A DNA stretch of 63,230 nucleotides. It comes from a virus (taxonomy: Duplodnaviria > Caudoviricetes). Below are positions 38,320 to 47,874 of the stretch, in pieces. The notes below the pieces were generated by a model. That model was not told the origin of the DNA. It worked only from the letters and a program-made list of their open reading frames with translations, and did no database searches. How positions within the stretch are numbered: position 1 is the stretch's first letter; each line of letters starts with the position of its first letter. Location: the IMG/VR virus record IMGVR_UViG_3300016484_000766, positions 1 to 63,230 of that record, one strand, 5' to 3'. A program made the position numbers and the translations under genes.

Positions 38320-39261
38320 TTACACGATGCGACCTTCGCGCGCGGCGAGGTTGATTTCGGATTCGATTCGGCGGGCTTCTTCTTCCCGGCCACGGTAGCG
38401 ACCCTTGGCTTCGTCCGTGTAGAACTTGGAGACGAATGCCTGGCTGATCATCGGTTTCGCCGGAGCTTGGGCCGGAGCTTGCGCGCCGCCGGAGTTGCTC
38501 GGAGAAACTTGGTTAGCCAGCTGGGATCGCGGCTGCGGCTTGGCCTTGAGGCTCGCCTTGTACGTGTTGAAGATCGCGGCCACTGCTTTGGCGTCGCCGC
38601 GATTGAACGCTGCGTCGAGCGCTGCTTGGCGAGGAACTTGGTAGACAGGGTCCACTTCGCCCAGCCAGGCCAGCCACGCGTCGTCGGCGTTGACTTCCTT
38701 GTAGTCCGGGACCAGGCTTTCCAGCAGAGTCCAGAACTGCGATTCGAGCGTGCTCTCGGTCTTCTTGCTCACCCCGCTCAGCGCTGATTCGACGGAAGCC
38801 ACTCGGGCCTCCATGCGGCCTGCCACGTCCTGGATATGCACCTGAAACTGCTCCAGGGCCCGCTGGACGTAGCGGTTGACCATGTCGATCATGTCCGCGC
38901 CGTAGCTCTCGATGTCCTTGGGGTCGTGTGGTACCGGCTTCTGCGGCTCTGGCTTGGCTTGGACCGCTGTGGTCAGCGCCTTCACCTGCTCGCGGAGCGC
39001 GATGATTTCACTTTCCTGGGTCTTGGCCTGCGCTCGCAGTGCCGGGACCTCGGCAGAGTACATGCCCTGAACGGTGCGGTACTTCTGCTCCCAGTTTTCA
39101 GCAGGAGGGGCCGGAGGGGCGACGGGCTGCGCGGGAGGCTCTGTCGGCGCCAGGATCTGCGACGCATCCGTCACGATCTCTAGGTTCGGCGACTGCATAC
39201 TCGCAGCGAGTTGCGCTTCGGCAGCGTCGAGCTGCTGTTGGACAATCTTCGGGGTAGCCAT
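38320..39261 (-). CDS. Capsid scaffolding protein
   Basis: WEQKYRTVQGMY, coiled coil, C-terminal AAREGRIV; upstream of the capsid gene. Confidence 0.75.
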   Translation of the reverse strand: MATPKIVQQQLDAAEAQLAASMQSPNLEIVTDASQILAPTEPPAQPVAPPAPPAENWEQKYRTVQGMYSAEVPALRAQAKTQESEIIALREQVKALTTAVQAKPEPQKPVPHDPKDIESYGADMIDMVNRYVQRALEQFQVHIQDVAGRMEARVASVESALSGVSKKTESTLESQFWTLLESLVPDYKEVNADDAWLAWLGEVDPVYQVPRQAALDAAFNRGDAKAVAAIFNTYKASLKAKPQPRSQLANQVSPSNSGGAQAPAQAPAKPMISQAFVSKFYTDEAKGRYRGREEEARRIESEINLAAREGRIV

Positions 39262-39341
39262 TCGTCTATCCTTGCTACCGGCATAGCCGGCTATGCTTGG
39301 TGAACGCTAACCTTGTTTACAGGTTAGCACATATTTGCGGA

Positions 39342-39536
39342 TTACCGCAAGTCTTTGGCCTTCTCAAGTCGTTCGAGAATATCTTCGAGTAGCTGATACC
39401 TGCCTTGGGCTCGCCCCACGGTATATGGGTCGGCGGCCGAAGCCATGGTTTTCAGCGCTAGTCGCTTCTGATTCTCAAGCCACTCTTTGAAGGGCCGGTC
39501 GCCCGCGATGCGGGCAAAGCTCGTAAGCTCAGACAT
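39342..39536 (-). CDS. Small conserved head-module protein
   Basis: 64 aa, RAQGR motif, upstream of the scaffold gene. Confidence 0.65.
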   Translation of the reverse strand: MSELTSFARIAGDRPFKEWLENQKRLALKTMASAADPYTVGRAQGRYQLLEDILERLEKAKDLR

Positions 39537-39555
39537 GCGCCGAGTTTACAAGTAT

Positions 39556-40731
39556 TCACATGAACATTTCGGGCACCACAGTAGTCCTCGACGCCTGCCC
39601 GTACTTGCTGTGGTACGTGATCGCTGTGATTTGCCGCTGCGACAGATACCCTCCGCGTGCAGCCCAAGCGTCCCGCGCGGCGATAGTCGGGTGCTGAATC
39701 ACCGTCATTCCGTTGTGCTCTTTCTCCGCGACGTGGTGCATATGCCCTGTGTGGCAGTACCTGCGAGAGGTATTGCCCCACTCGCGCGGAAACTGCGCAG
39801 CGAACACTAGCGGCAGCTGCTCGGGTTTCTTCAGGTGGCCGTGATGCCAGGCCAGAAGGGTTTCGCCATGCGTGTGGATGTAGTACGGCAGCTCGCTGTC
39901 AATCACTTTCACGCGCGGCTCGCGCTCGTATAGCAACGCAAACATGTGGCGGAGCCAAACGCTGGACGCCATATCGTGGTTGCCCTCGGCCATCAAGACG
40001 ATGACTTGCTCGTGGTGAAGCAGCGCGCAGTCGATGACGGTCCGAAGAATCCTCACCGACGCCTGGACTACCTTGCTGTACCGACTATCGGCGTCCAGCA
40101 GGTGTCCTGAGGTTGGCGTGACGGCGGACAAGCTGTCGAAATGCAGCCAATCGCCAAGCTGCGCGACTACCCCGGTGCTCGCCTTTGGGGATCGCAGGAC
40201 CATGCTCCGGAACGCGGCAAGTAGCATGCGCTCGGCGATGTCGAGGTCCCAGTCGTCGCCGGTCTCTTTCGCCCAGGCCCGCATGCCGACGTGACAGTCC
40301 GTAAGCGTGTACACGTTGCACAAGTCCTCCTCGCACGCCTGCGGGGCCGGCGTCGGATCGGCCTTCGGAACTTGCTCGCTAAGCGCAGATGCAGCAGCTC
40401 GGATAGCTTCGACGATCTGCTCGTTGGAGAGCTTGGCCTTCAGCCAGATCTTCTCTTGCTTCCCGTCTTTGCCGATTTGTTGGGTATAGGCCCCCAGTAC
40501 GAACGGCTCGGGTACAGGATGCACAAGCTGGTGCTTCGGGTCGTACCCGTGGATCGCTGCTTTCTTCTTCAGCGCCTTGAACGAATCCATCAGCGTAGCC
40601 TTGTTGCGGCCTAGCGCTGCGGCGGCGGCCGTAAAGCTACCGTGCTTGTTGACGGCGTCTAGGTACTCGGCTTGTGTTGGCGTGGCCCACTTCTTGAGCC
40701 GTTCGTCCAGGACATATACGGGAGCCGGCAC
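39556..40731 (-). CDS. Calcineurin-like metallophosphoesterase with N-terminal HTH
   Basis: TDCHVG, GDWLH, EGNHD, HHGH, GHMHH; GSFTAAAAALG HTH. Confidence 0.85.
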   Translation of the reverse strand: MPAPVYVLDERLKKWATPTQAEYLDAVNKHGSFTAAAAALGRNKATLMDSFKALKKKAAIHGYDPKHQLVHPVPEPFVLGAYTQQIGKDGKQEKIWLKAKLSNEQIVEAIRAAASALSEQVPKADPTPAPQACEEDLCNVYTLTDCHVGMRAWAKETGDDWDLDIAERMLLAAFRSMVLRSPKASTGVVAQLGDWLHFDSLSAVTPTSGHLLDADSRYSKVVQASVRILRTVIDCALLHHEQVIVLMAEGNHDMASSVWLRHMFALLYEREPRVKVIDSELPYYIHTHGETLLAWHHGHLKKPEQLPLVFAAQFPREWGNTSRRYCHTGHMHHVAEKEHNGMTVIQHPTIAARDAWAARGGYLSQRQITAITYHSKYGQASRTTVVPEMFM

Positions 40732-40732
40732 G

Positions 40733-41008
40733 TTACCTCCGTCGCTTTGGCTTTTCCGTCGCCGCCAGCGGTGTGATGCTGCGGATCATCCCGATGGGGA
40801 TTTGGTCCCGCGCGCCGACCAGCTCCGGGTGCCATGCTTGGGTAAGGATGACGCCTTCGTCTGTGTGCGAGAGCAAGAAGCCGACCTGAGAAACTAGGTG
40901 GGGCTTGTACGTGTGCTGGGTTACGTCTGTCCAGGCAGACGAATCTAGCGTCTTGGCGTCTTCCCAGATAACCAAGACGATAGGCGGGACCGGCTTTTCC
41001 TCAGCCAT
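40733..41008 (-). CDS. Hypothetical protein
   Basis: GAGG RBS; WEDA...VGFL...IPIGMI. Confidence 0.7.
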   Translation of the reverse strand: MAEEKPVPPIVLVIWEDAKTLDSSAWTDVTQHTYKPHLVSQVGFLLSHTDEGVILTQAWHPELVGARDQIPIGMIRSITPLAATEKPKRRR

Positions 41009-41022
41009 TCCTCGCCCCGCCG

Positions 41023-41238
41023 TTACTGCGACGTTTCTTCGCCGGTCAGCGCTTTGCGGACATCGGCAACGATACTGTCGTCCAGGCTGTTGGCGGTACT
41101 GGCCGCTAGTTTCTCCAGGCCGGCAAGAACCAGCTTGGACATCAAGCTGTCCATGAATGCCTGCGTAACCAGCTTACCTACTAGCGCCCAAAGGGCGTTG
41201 GCGGCCAAGTGCGCGGCGGCAATAGCGAGAGCGCTCAT
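41023..41238 (-). CDS. Small lysis-module protein
   Basis: Follows the endolysin; hydrophobic N-terminus, STANSLDD. Confidence 0.6.
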   Translation of the reverse strand: MSALAIAAAHLAANALWALVGKLVTQAFMDSLMSKLVLAGLEKLAASTANSLDDSIVADVRKALTGEETSQ

Positions 41239-41241
41239 ACC

Positions 41242-41673
41242 TTACTCCTTCATCTGCCAGGTGCCAGTGCGCATTTGCTCCGCCATTCGGTGGGCTCGCG
41301 CTGGGGTTTGCTGCGCCCACAAGCTTTTCAGCATGCCGCGCGCAGCGCCTTCGTAGTCCTTTCGGGCGATCATGGCTAGGGTGTTTTTGAACCCGAGTAG
41401 CCCGGCGGTGCCCATCTGGAACGCCATACCGACAAGTACCGCCTGACGGGCGGGGTCTAGGTCCCGTGCCCAAGGCAGCGCGGCGAACACTTCGTTGGTC
41501 TTGGCGTCGATGTCGTTGGCGACCAGAATGTCGATTTCCTGGTCGCTGAGCCCGCCGCCCTTGCGCTTGTCGATCAGTCGGCCAATGCCGATCGTCCAAT
41601 AGCCGAGGTGGTCCTGGTACGCGTGCCGGACGCGACCTTCCTCTTGTTCGAGCTGGCGGGCTAGGCTGGTCAT
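41242..41673 (-). CDS. Endolysin, T4-lysozyme-like (GH24)
   Basis: EEG...YQDHLGYWTIGIG catalytic E-D-T; MAFQMG; SLWAQQTPARA. Confidence 0.92.
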   Translation of the reverse strand: MTSLARQLEQEEGRVRHAYQDHLGYWTIGIGRLIDKRKGGGLSDQEIDILVANDIDAKTNEVFAALPWARDLDPARQAVLVGMAFQMGTAGLLGFKNTLAMIARKDYEGAARGMLKSLWAQQTPARAHRMAEQMRTGTWQMKE

Positions 41674-41864
41674 TTGCGCAACTTCTTGTAGATCCATTCG
41701 GCGATCAACAGGCACGAATAGACGGACGCCACAAACGCGGCAAAGTCGCCCCAGCCGTCAAAGCCCATCCAGTTAAGGACATACCCCAGACCCGTGGCAC
41801 TCCACGCAGCCCCGGCTTTGGCGACGGAGGCATCTACGGTTACGGTTTGGCTGTGATCTTGCAT
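41670..41864 (-). CDS. Putative holin
   Basis: 64 aa, hydrophobic segments, basic tail; overlaps the endolysin start. Confidence 0.65.
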   Translation of the reverse strand: MQDHSQTVTVDASVAKAGAAWSATGLGYVLNWMGFDGWGDFAAFVASVYSCLLIAEWIYKKLRK

Positions 41865-41866
41865 GA

Positions 41867-43948
41867 TTACCTGTCAGCAACCATGAGCTTGATCGTCCGG
41901 GTATCGGTACGGCCGCCAATGGTGGTGATCTTGCATTTTACGCTGTACGTAGTATTCACCACGGCGTTCGGCGGGTCAGTCAGACGGACCCAGGCAGTGA
42001 CCGCCGTCGAGGTGACGGAGTCGCTGTTCTTGGTTACCCCGGTCGGTACCGTCAAGGTGTACGACGAAATCACGTCCGCGCCTAGCCATTGGGACCAGTC
42101 CCACTGGAAATCGAGGACAGCGTCCGGCGTAAACGCGTAGGAGTTTGTCGTGCTGGCCGTGGAACTTTCTCGTACGACGTACCGTCGGTCGATCGGCGTA
42201 ACAGCGTACGCAGGGAGCAGCGCAGTTAGTACCGCAGACGCGGAAGACTCCGCCAGCGCCCTTGCGGTCGACAACACGGTAGTGGCGACAGCGGTCGACA
42301 GTGTTGCGAACGACGTCGCAAACGCGGACGAGGGTAGCAAGTAGAGCGCAGAAGCAGCCACAACTGGCTGAACCACTGCCTGCGCGGCTACGTACGTGCG
42401 CGCGATAGTGGTAGCTGTGACCGTAGCCACAGAGGCCGCCGTAGCCGCTACTGGTACAGCCAGCGCAGCGTTGGCAACCACAGTGGCGGTTGCAACTGCA
42501 GGGACCGCCGCAAACGCAACGCCGACGATCTGAGTAGCGGTGGACCCCCAGCCGTCAGGCGTCGTCCATACCTCGAATTGGAAGTTGGCTACCGCCGGCG
42601 CGGCGGAAAACGTGGCGTCGTCGTAGACACTAACGAGCGTGCTGTAAGTCTGCCAAGCGATTTGGTCGCCGGCGACAATATCTGGGGTGGCAGTTAGCCG
42701 AAGGCTGCTAGTTTCGTTAGGTGAAGTAATGTCTACGTAGCCCCACCCGGACTGCGGCAAGATGCCGCCCGTCAGGCTGTAGGGCGCGGAGACAAGGCCC
42801 CCGTCCTTGGTGACGACGATGTTGAGCGCCTGGCCGTATTTGTTCGTGCCTCGGGCCACCGTAACTTGGATGGCGGTGTCGCTCCAACTAACAACCGAGC
42901 ACGCCACGCCGCCGATCGTCACTCCGCCGGTCCCCTGCGAAGCTCCGGCATTGGTGACGTTTACTGTAAACGTGCCTTGATAGTTGGCGCTACCGGTTGT
43001 GCCTGTGATGGTCGCGGCGGTAGCTGCAGTGGTGAAGCTGGCCGTGCTCACCACGTTGGAGTCGTTGCCGTTGTTGGCGACGGCGTAAGCGTAGTACGTG
43101 GTGCTGGGCGAGAGGCCGGTGACGCTCACCGCGTTCGCGCCCGACGCCAGGGCTGCGCTGCCTGCGGCCACGATGCTGCCGCCGGAGCCGGCCTTGATCT
43201 GCGCCGCAGAGGGAGCCGTGGCGCTGGTGCTGACCGCAGCGTAGAACGTGCCGCTGCCGATGTTGCTGGTGGCCGTGACGCGCACGCCGGTGCTGGTGAT
43301 CGTGTCCCTGTCAGCGGCCGACAGCGTGGGCGCGGCCGGCGGTGGCTCGATGGCCAGCATGACGCCCATGCCGTTGCCGGCCGAGTTAGTCGAGCCGGTC
43401 TGCGTGCCGGTCGCGCCGGTGCTGTGCACCTTTGAGGCCGCGGTGATGCTGCTGTACTGCGTCGTCGTCCCGCCGATCGTGGTCATGCCGCTCGGCGGCG
43501 TGTACGTCAGGCTGGAGGGATAGGTCGCGGCCAGCCAGATCAGCTCGCTGCTGTCAGGCGGCGTGACGCCAGGCACGGCAATGCTGGTGGTGGTGCCAGA
43601 GCCCGCGCCGGTCGTGTTTCCGACGTTGAAATCGCCCTGCCCTTGCACCGCGATGGCGATGGCCGAGGCGTGGTCGCTGGGCGAGAAGTTGACCGTGTAG
43701 GTCGTTGGCTCACTCGTCGCGTCGGTGATCTTCTTGGTGGCGTAGCGCAGCCGCTGCGCCGAAGTGGAGTTCGTGGCAAAGCCGCGCTCGGCGCTGAACC
43801 CCGACGGCCAGGTCGTGGTGGCGCTGATGCTGCCGCCGCTGGCCAGTGCGATGACCAGCACGTCGCCATTGGCAAGCCCCGTTGGCTTGTTCAGCGTGAC
43901 GAAGCCCGCGCCGGTGCTGGTGCCGACGGTGAAACTGCGGATGCTCAT
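41867..43948 (-). CDS. Multi-domain virion surface/fibre protein
   Basis: Thr/Ser/Ala-rich beta domains, FN3 and IPT-like segments, C-terminal DFQWDWSQWL...YSVKCKITT.GGRTD adaptor-like domain. Confidence 0.6.
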   Translation of the reverse strand: MSIRSFTVGTSTGAGFVTLNKPTGLANGDVLVIALASGGSISATTTWPSGFSAERGFATNSTSAQRLRYATKKITDATSEPTTYTVNFSPSDHASAIAIAVQGQGDFNVGNTTGAGSGTTTSIAVPGVTPPDSSELIWLAATYPSSLTYTPPSGMTTIGGTTTQYSSITAASKVHSTGATGTQTGSTNSAGNGMGVMLAIEPPPAAPTLSAADRDTITSTGVRVTATSNIGSGTFYAAVSTSATAPSAAQIKAGSGGSIVAAGSAALASGANAVSVTGLSPSTTYYAYAVANNGNDSNVVSTASFTTAATAATITGTTGSANYQGTFTVNVTNAGASQGTGGVTIGGVACSVVSWSDTAIQVTVARGTNKYGQALNIVVTKDGGLVSAPYSLTGGILPQSGWGYVDITSPNETSSLRLTATPDIVAGDQIAWQTYSTLVSVYDDATFSAAPAVANFQFEVWTTPDGWGSTATQIVGVAFAAVPAVATATVVANAALAVPVAATAASVATVTATTIARTYVAAQAVVQPVVAASALYLLPSSAFATSFATLSTAVATTVLSTARALAESSASAVLTALLPAYAVTPIDRRYVVRESSTASTTNSYAFTPDAVLDFQWDWSQWLGADVISSYTLTVPTGVTKNSDSVTSTAVTAWVRLTDPPNAVVNTTYSVKCKITTIGGRTDTRTIKLMVADR

Positions 43949-44235
43949 TTCGCGCCCTTCTTGGCCGCCACCAGCGCCTCGGCCTCAGCCATCATCGACT
44001 GGAGGATGTGGCGCGGCAGCGTGTCGGCCTTGGGCGAGAACTGCCCCCAGGCGGCCTTCGGGATGTCACGCTTCACCGCCACGTAGTAGCCGTCCTCCCC
44101 AGCCACCAGCGTGAAGCGCACGGTCGAGGCGTCAAGCTCCTGCAGCCGCTTGCCCTGGATGTGGAAGCCGGGCACGCCGCTGGCCTGCGCCGCGAAGCAC
44201 AGCAGGGCCGCCGTCAGGGTGATGAGGTACTTCAT
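43945..44235 (-). CDS. Small protein with Sec signal peptide
   Basis: MKYLITLTAALLCFAAQA; ATGA coupled on both sides. Confidence 0.7.
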   Translation of the reverse strand: MKYLITLTAALLCFAAQASGVPGFHIQGKRLQELDASTVRFTLVAGEDGYYVAVKRDIPKAAWGQFSPKADTLPRHILQSMMAEAEALVAAKKGAK

Positions 44236-47045
44236 CGCGTCTTGGTGGTGAAGGTGTCGAAGGTGCTGCCGTCGTCCTTAATGGCGGAGCACGAGACGCC
44301 GGTCGAGGTCACGCTGCACTTCATGTAGTGGTAGTTCGTGTTCCCGATTTCTGTCAGCGGCCCGAGGCTGTTGAAGCCGTGCACCGGAGAGCCACCGCCG
44401 CCGGTGGTGACGTAGTAGACGCCGTTGGTGTCGCTGCGGAAGCCCAGGGGCGTGCCGTTGTTGGCCAGCGTCGGGTAGCTGCGCTCATAGACGTGGTTGT
44501 GGCCCTGCAAGACCAGTTTCACCTTGCTGCGCTGGCTGAACTCAGTCAGCAGGATGTAGGCCGAGCCGTTGGCCGAGTGCCCCCACGAAGACGTGAGCAC
44601 AGGCGCGTGCAGCAGCACAACGATGTTGTCCACCGCCGCGTCGCCCTGCGCCAGGTCGAGTTCGTACCGCAGCCAGTCAAGCTGGTGCTTGTAGTAGTAG
44701 TGGTCGTAGTTGTTGAGCGTGCCGCTGCAGGTGCCGCACTCCATGAGGTCGTAGTTGTCGTTGTTCACGCGCATGATCAGGAAGCGCGTGGTCTTGTAGC
44801 TGACCTTGTAGTAGCCCAGGTCCGGGTACGCTGCGCGGGCCGAAAGGCTGCACATCGAGGTGAAGAACTCGGGGTCGGTGTAGAGCGGCACGCGGCCGGT
44901 CTTGTCCTGCCAGTAGCTCTTGGTCGTGTGGTTGGTCATGCCGATGGTGGTCGGCGTGAACACGTCGCAGAAGCCGTGCCCGTAGTTGAAGCCGGTGGGG
45001 CCGGGATACCAGCCGCCGCCCCAGTCGTCGTCGTGGTTGCCGATGACCGGGAAGAAGAACGTGGGCAGGCCCGCGGCCGGCGTCTTGTTCTGCAGCGGGG
45101 CGATCATCTGCTTGAACGAACCGCGCTCGCTCGGGTTGGTGCACGCGCCGTCGTTGACCCAGTTGGTGTAGTTGTTGTAGCCCGTCACCATGTCGCCGAG
45201 GTGGAACACCATCGACGTGTTGGCTTCAGCCACCATGCGGTTCACCAGCCCGATGTGCACGGCGTTGGCGCTGCACAGGTTGCCCGCACGGCTGTCGCCG
45301 TAGGCCAGGAAAGTGAAGTCCGCGCCGGCGCCCTGCGAGGCCACGGTGGTAAACGAGAAGGTGCGGTTGCCGGTAATGTTGTTGCCGGCCAGGTCCTTGA
45401 CGGTCGAGGCCACCGTCACCGTGAGCGTCGTGCTTGTCGGGTACTGCGCCGTGGGCGAGAAGCCGATGCTGCGTGCCGCGCAGCTCACCGTGCCGCTAGC
45501 ACCGCTGACGGCGATCGAGCTGCTGTTCACGGTGCCGCAGTCGATGTCCTCGGTGAAGTTCACCGTGATGCCCGTGGTGGTGGCCACGTTTGTCGCCCCG
45601 TTGGTGGGCAGCGTGGTCGTCAGCGCAGGTCCGGTCACGTCGGTGATGCGCGTGCCCACGAACTCCCGCGCGCCGATGTCGGGGGAAGCGCCTCGGGGTG
45701 CGAACCGGAAGTCGTTTGTGACGCCAGACACAGCCGTGCCGGTGTCGATAGCCGGGCTATCGCCCTTCAGCGCCAAGGAGTTCCAGCCTGCGGCCGTGCG
45801 CGCGAACAGGGGATCGGTCTGGCGGCTGCTGTCGGTCTTGCCGGTCAGCGTGGTGTAGTTGGTCTTCCAGGACGTGAAGTTGACCGCGCTGGCCGAGTCG
45901 TTGGGGATGTACGTGGCCGCCGCGCCCGTGGTCGTCCAGTAGATGTTGTTCGTGATCGTCAGTGAAGCGAAGTTAGTGAACGAGCCGTCCACGATCTTGA
46001 TGAGCGGCTGCGACGGGTTGCCGACGATGATGTTGTTGCTGATCGTGACGTCGCTGGAAAGCTGCCCGATGATCGACTCCGCGGAGAGGAAGATCGAGCC
46101 GTGCATGACGCTGCCGGTGTTGTAGCAGCTGTTGTAGGCGGCCGTGACATTCGAGGCCGAGCTGATGGCGATGCACGCCCAGGTCGAGCCGATGACCACG
46201 TTGTTACGGATCACGCCGTCGTAGACCTCATAGTTGCCGTCAAGCAGCAGGTCCGCGTCCGTCTCCTGGCCCAGCATCATCGCGTGGCCGTTCGCGGTCC
46301 CGCCGATGTTCACCAGCAGGTTGTTCTCCATCAGCGTGTTGCGCGCGTTGCCCTTGGCGTACATGCCGATGTCGGGCACGTCATGCACGTAGTTGCCCCG
46401 GATGATGGTCCGGTCGGCCCCCACGATGTCGATGCCCTGGGCGTTGTCGCTGGGCGTGGTGATGGCGCTGCTCTGCCAGATTTCGTTGTCGATGATTTCG
46501 ACGTCGTTGGCCGTGCGGACCACCTTCACCACGTCGGCCACGGCGCAGCAGAGCTTGTTGCCGATCAGCTTGACCTTGGGGGTGTCGATCTTGACCGCAT
46601 TGCCGTCACCGCCGCCGGTGGCGCTGCCGCGCACCTCCAGGCCCTGCACAACCCAGTACATCGGCTGGCAGTCGGTGTTGCCGCTCAGGCCAGCAGTCAC
46701 CGCGTCCTCGCAAGCCTGGGTGTAGAAGTAGATCGTGCTGCCCGCGCCGGTGCGTCGGATCACGGGCATGGCGTCGCCCTGGTAGCCGCGCAGCGTGATC
46801 CAAGCGGTCGAGGAGCCTGGACGCGAAATGACCAGGTTCTCTGTGTAGGTGCCCGCGCGCACCTCAATGATGTCGCCAGGGTTAGCGATCGAGGTGGCCG
46901 CGCCGATGGTCTGCTTGGGCGCGCCGATGCTGGTCCCGGCGTTGGCGTTGCTGCCGCTTGGGCTGACATAGTACGTCACCGCGTTAGCGGCTAGGCTAAG
47001 CGTGCCGACAAACAGGAAAACAACCTGACGGAGGATGTGCATCAT
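44232..47045 (-). CDS. Signal-peptide protein: right-handed beta-helix + Ig-like domain + metallophosphoesterase
   Basis: Signal peptide ending ANA; YYVSPSGSNANAGT; parallel beta-helix repeats; SPAIDTG...PDIGARE; PTNGATNV Ig-like; YGDSR, LGDMV, GNHD, GHNHVYER. Confidence 0.8.
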   Translation of the reverse strand: MMHILRQVVFLFVGTLSLAANAVTYYVSPSGSNANAGTSIGAPKQTIGAATSIANPGDIIEVRAGTYTENLVISRPGSSTAWITLRGYQGDAMPVIRRTGAGSTIYFYTQACEDAVTAGLSGNTDCQPMYWVVQGLEVRGSATGGGDGNAVKIDTPKVKLIGNKLCCAVADVVKVVRTANDVEIIDNEIWQSSAITTPSDNAQGIDIVGADRTIIRGNYVHDVPDIGMYAKGNARNTLMENNLLVNIGGTANGHAMMLGQETDADLLLDGNYEVYDGVIRNNVVIGSTWACIAISSASNVTAAYNSCYNTGSVMHGSIFLSAESIIGQLSSDVTISNNIIVGNPSQPLIKIVDGSFTNFASLTITNNIYWTTTGAAATYIPNDSASAVNFTSWKTNYTTLTGKTDSSRQTDPLFARTAAGWNSLALKGDSPAIDTGTAVSGVTNDFRFAPRGASPDIGAREFVGTRITDVTGPALTTTLPTNGATNVATTTGITVNFTEDIDCGTVNSSSIAVSGASGTVSCAARSIGFSPTAQYPTSTTLTVTVASTVKDLAGNNITGNRTFSFTTVASQGAGADFTFLAYGDSRAGNLCSANAVHIGLVNRMVAEANTSMVFHLGDMVTGYNNYTNWVNDGACTNPSERGSFKQMIAPLQNKTPAAGLPTFFFPVIGNHDDDWGGGWYPGPTGFNYGHGFCDVFTPTTIGMTNHTTKSYWQDKTGRVPLYTDPEFFTSMCSLSARAAYPDLGYYKVSYKTTRFLIMRVNNDNYDLMECGTCSGTLNNYDHYYYKHQLDWLRYELDLAQGDAAVDNIVVLLHAPVLTSSWGHSANGSAYILLTEFSQRSKVKLVLQGHNHVYERSYPTLANNGTPLGFRSDTNGVYYVTTGGGGSPVHGFNSLGPLTEIGNTNYHYMKCSVTSTGVSCSAIKDDGSTFDTFTTKTR

Positions 47046-47047
47046 GC

Positions 47048-47422
47048 TTAAGTGACCAACTTGACTTGAGTTGTCGCTGTATCCGCTACGCCGTTTGGCG
47101 CGGTAGCGGTCTCCAAGACGCCAAGGCGCTTTCCGAGGTCACTTGCCACGGGCGTGTAAGACGGATTTAGCTTGGCGTCCAAGAACGCGATGCCGTCCAG
47201 CGTCCAGGAGGCCGTAACAGCTGCGGCGTTGCTCCATTCGCCCTGCGTGTACACCTGAGCCAAACCGACACGCGGTTGGAACGCGGAAATCTGTGGGTCC
47301 GTGAGCAGCGTAGGCGGATTGCCGCTCACGGGTTTGTTGCCGGCTGGGTACGTGCTCCAACGAAGGCCGTCAGCCCCTGGGGCTAGGTACCATGTCTTGG
47401 CTACCGCGTTCTTGACGGCCAC
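47048..47422 (-). CDS. Hypothetical virion-associated protein
   Basis: GTG start; Ig-like YTPVASDLGKRL segment. Confidence 0.6.
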   Translation of the reverse strand: MAVKNAVAKTWYLAPGADGLRWSTYPAGNKPVSGNPPTLLTDPQISAFQPRVGLAQVYTQGEWSNAAAVTASWTLDGIAFLDAKLNPSYTPVASDLGKRLGVLETATAPNGVADTATTQVKLVT

Positions 47423-47431
47423 GATGTCGCC

Positions 47432-47869
47432 TTAGTTGTCGAGCTGGAGCGAAAGCTGGCCAGCGGCAAACGACATCGTCGCTCCGGAGCCCACGGTTTG
47501 GCTGGCGGTAAGCGCCGAGTAGAAGAGCAGGTTGCCGCCGGTAAGCGCGTCATACACGCCGACCGCCACGACGGTGCCCCACGAGGAGGTCGCCGTCGGG
47601 AACGTGATCGCCGCGTTGTTGCTGGTCGTACCGCTCGTACCGCTAGACGCCGCCGTGGTGCCGACGCCTTGCGTGCCGGCCCAGTTTGCGAGCGAACTCG
47701 TCACCGCGACGCGCGCGTACGAACCGCCAGACACTTCGGTGCCGCCGCCAGAATCGGACGGGGCCGCAGTGAACAGCGCGATGTACGTCGTGGCGGGGCC
47801 AGTGAACGCCTGCCCGCGCAGCAGGTGATCGACGAACTTGTTTTCGAGATAGTCGGAAAGAGCAGCCAT
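47432..47869 (-). CDS. Conserved phage structural (fibre/decoration) protein
   Basis: SDYLEN...YIALFTAAPSDSGGGTEVSGGSYARVAV...WGTV...DALTGGNLL. Confidence 0.75.
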   Translation of the reverse strand: MAALSDYLENKFVDHLLRGQAFTGPATTYIALFTAAPSDSGGGTEVSGGSYARVAVTSSLANWAGTQGVGTTAASSGTSGTTSNNAAITFPTATSSWGTVVAVGVYDALTGGNLLFYSALTASQTVGSGATMSFAAGQLSLQLDN

Positions 47870-47874
47870 GATGG

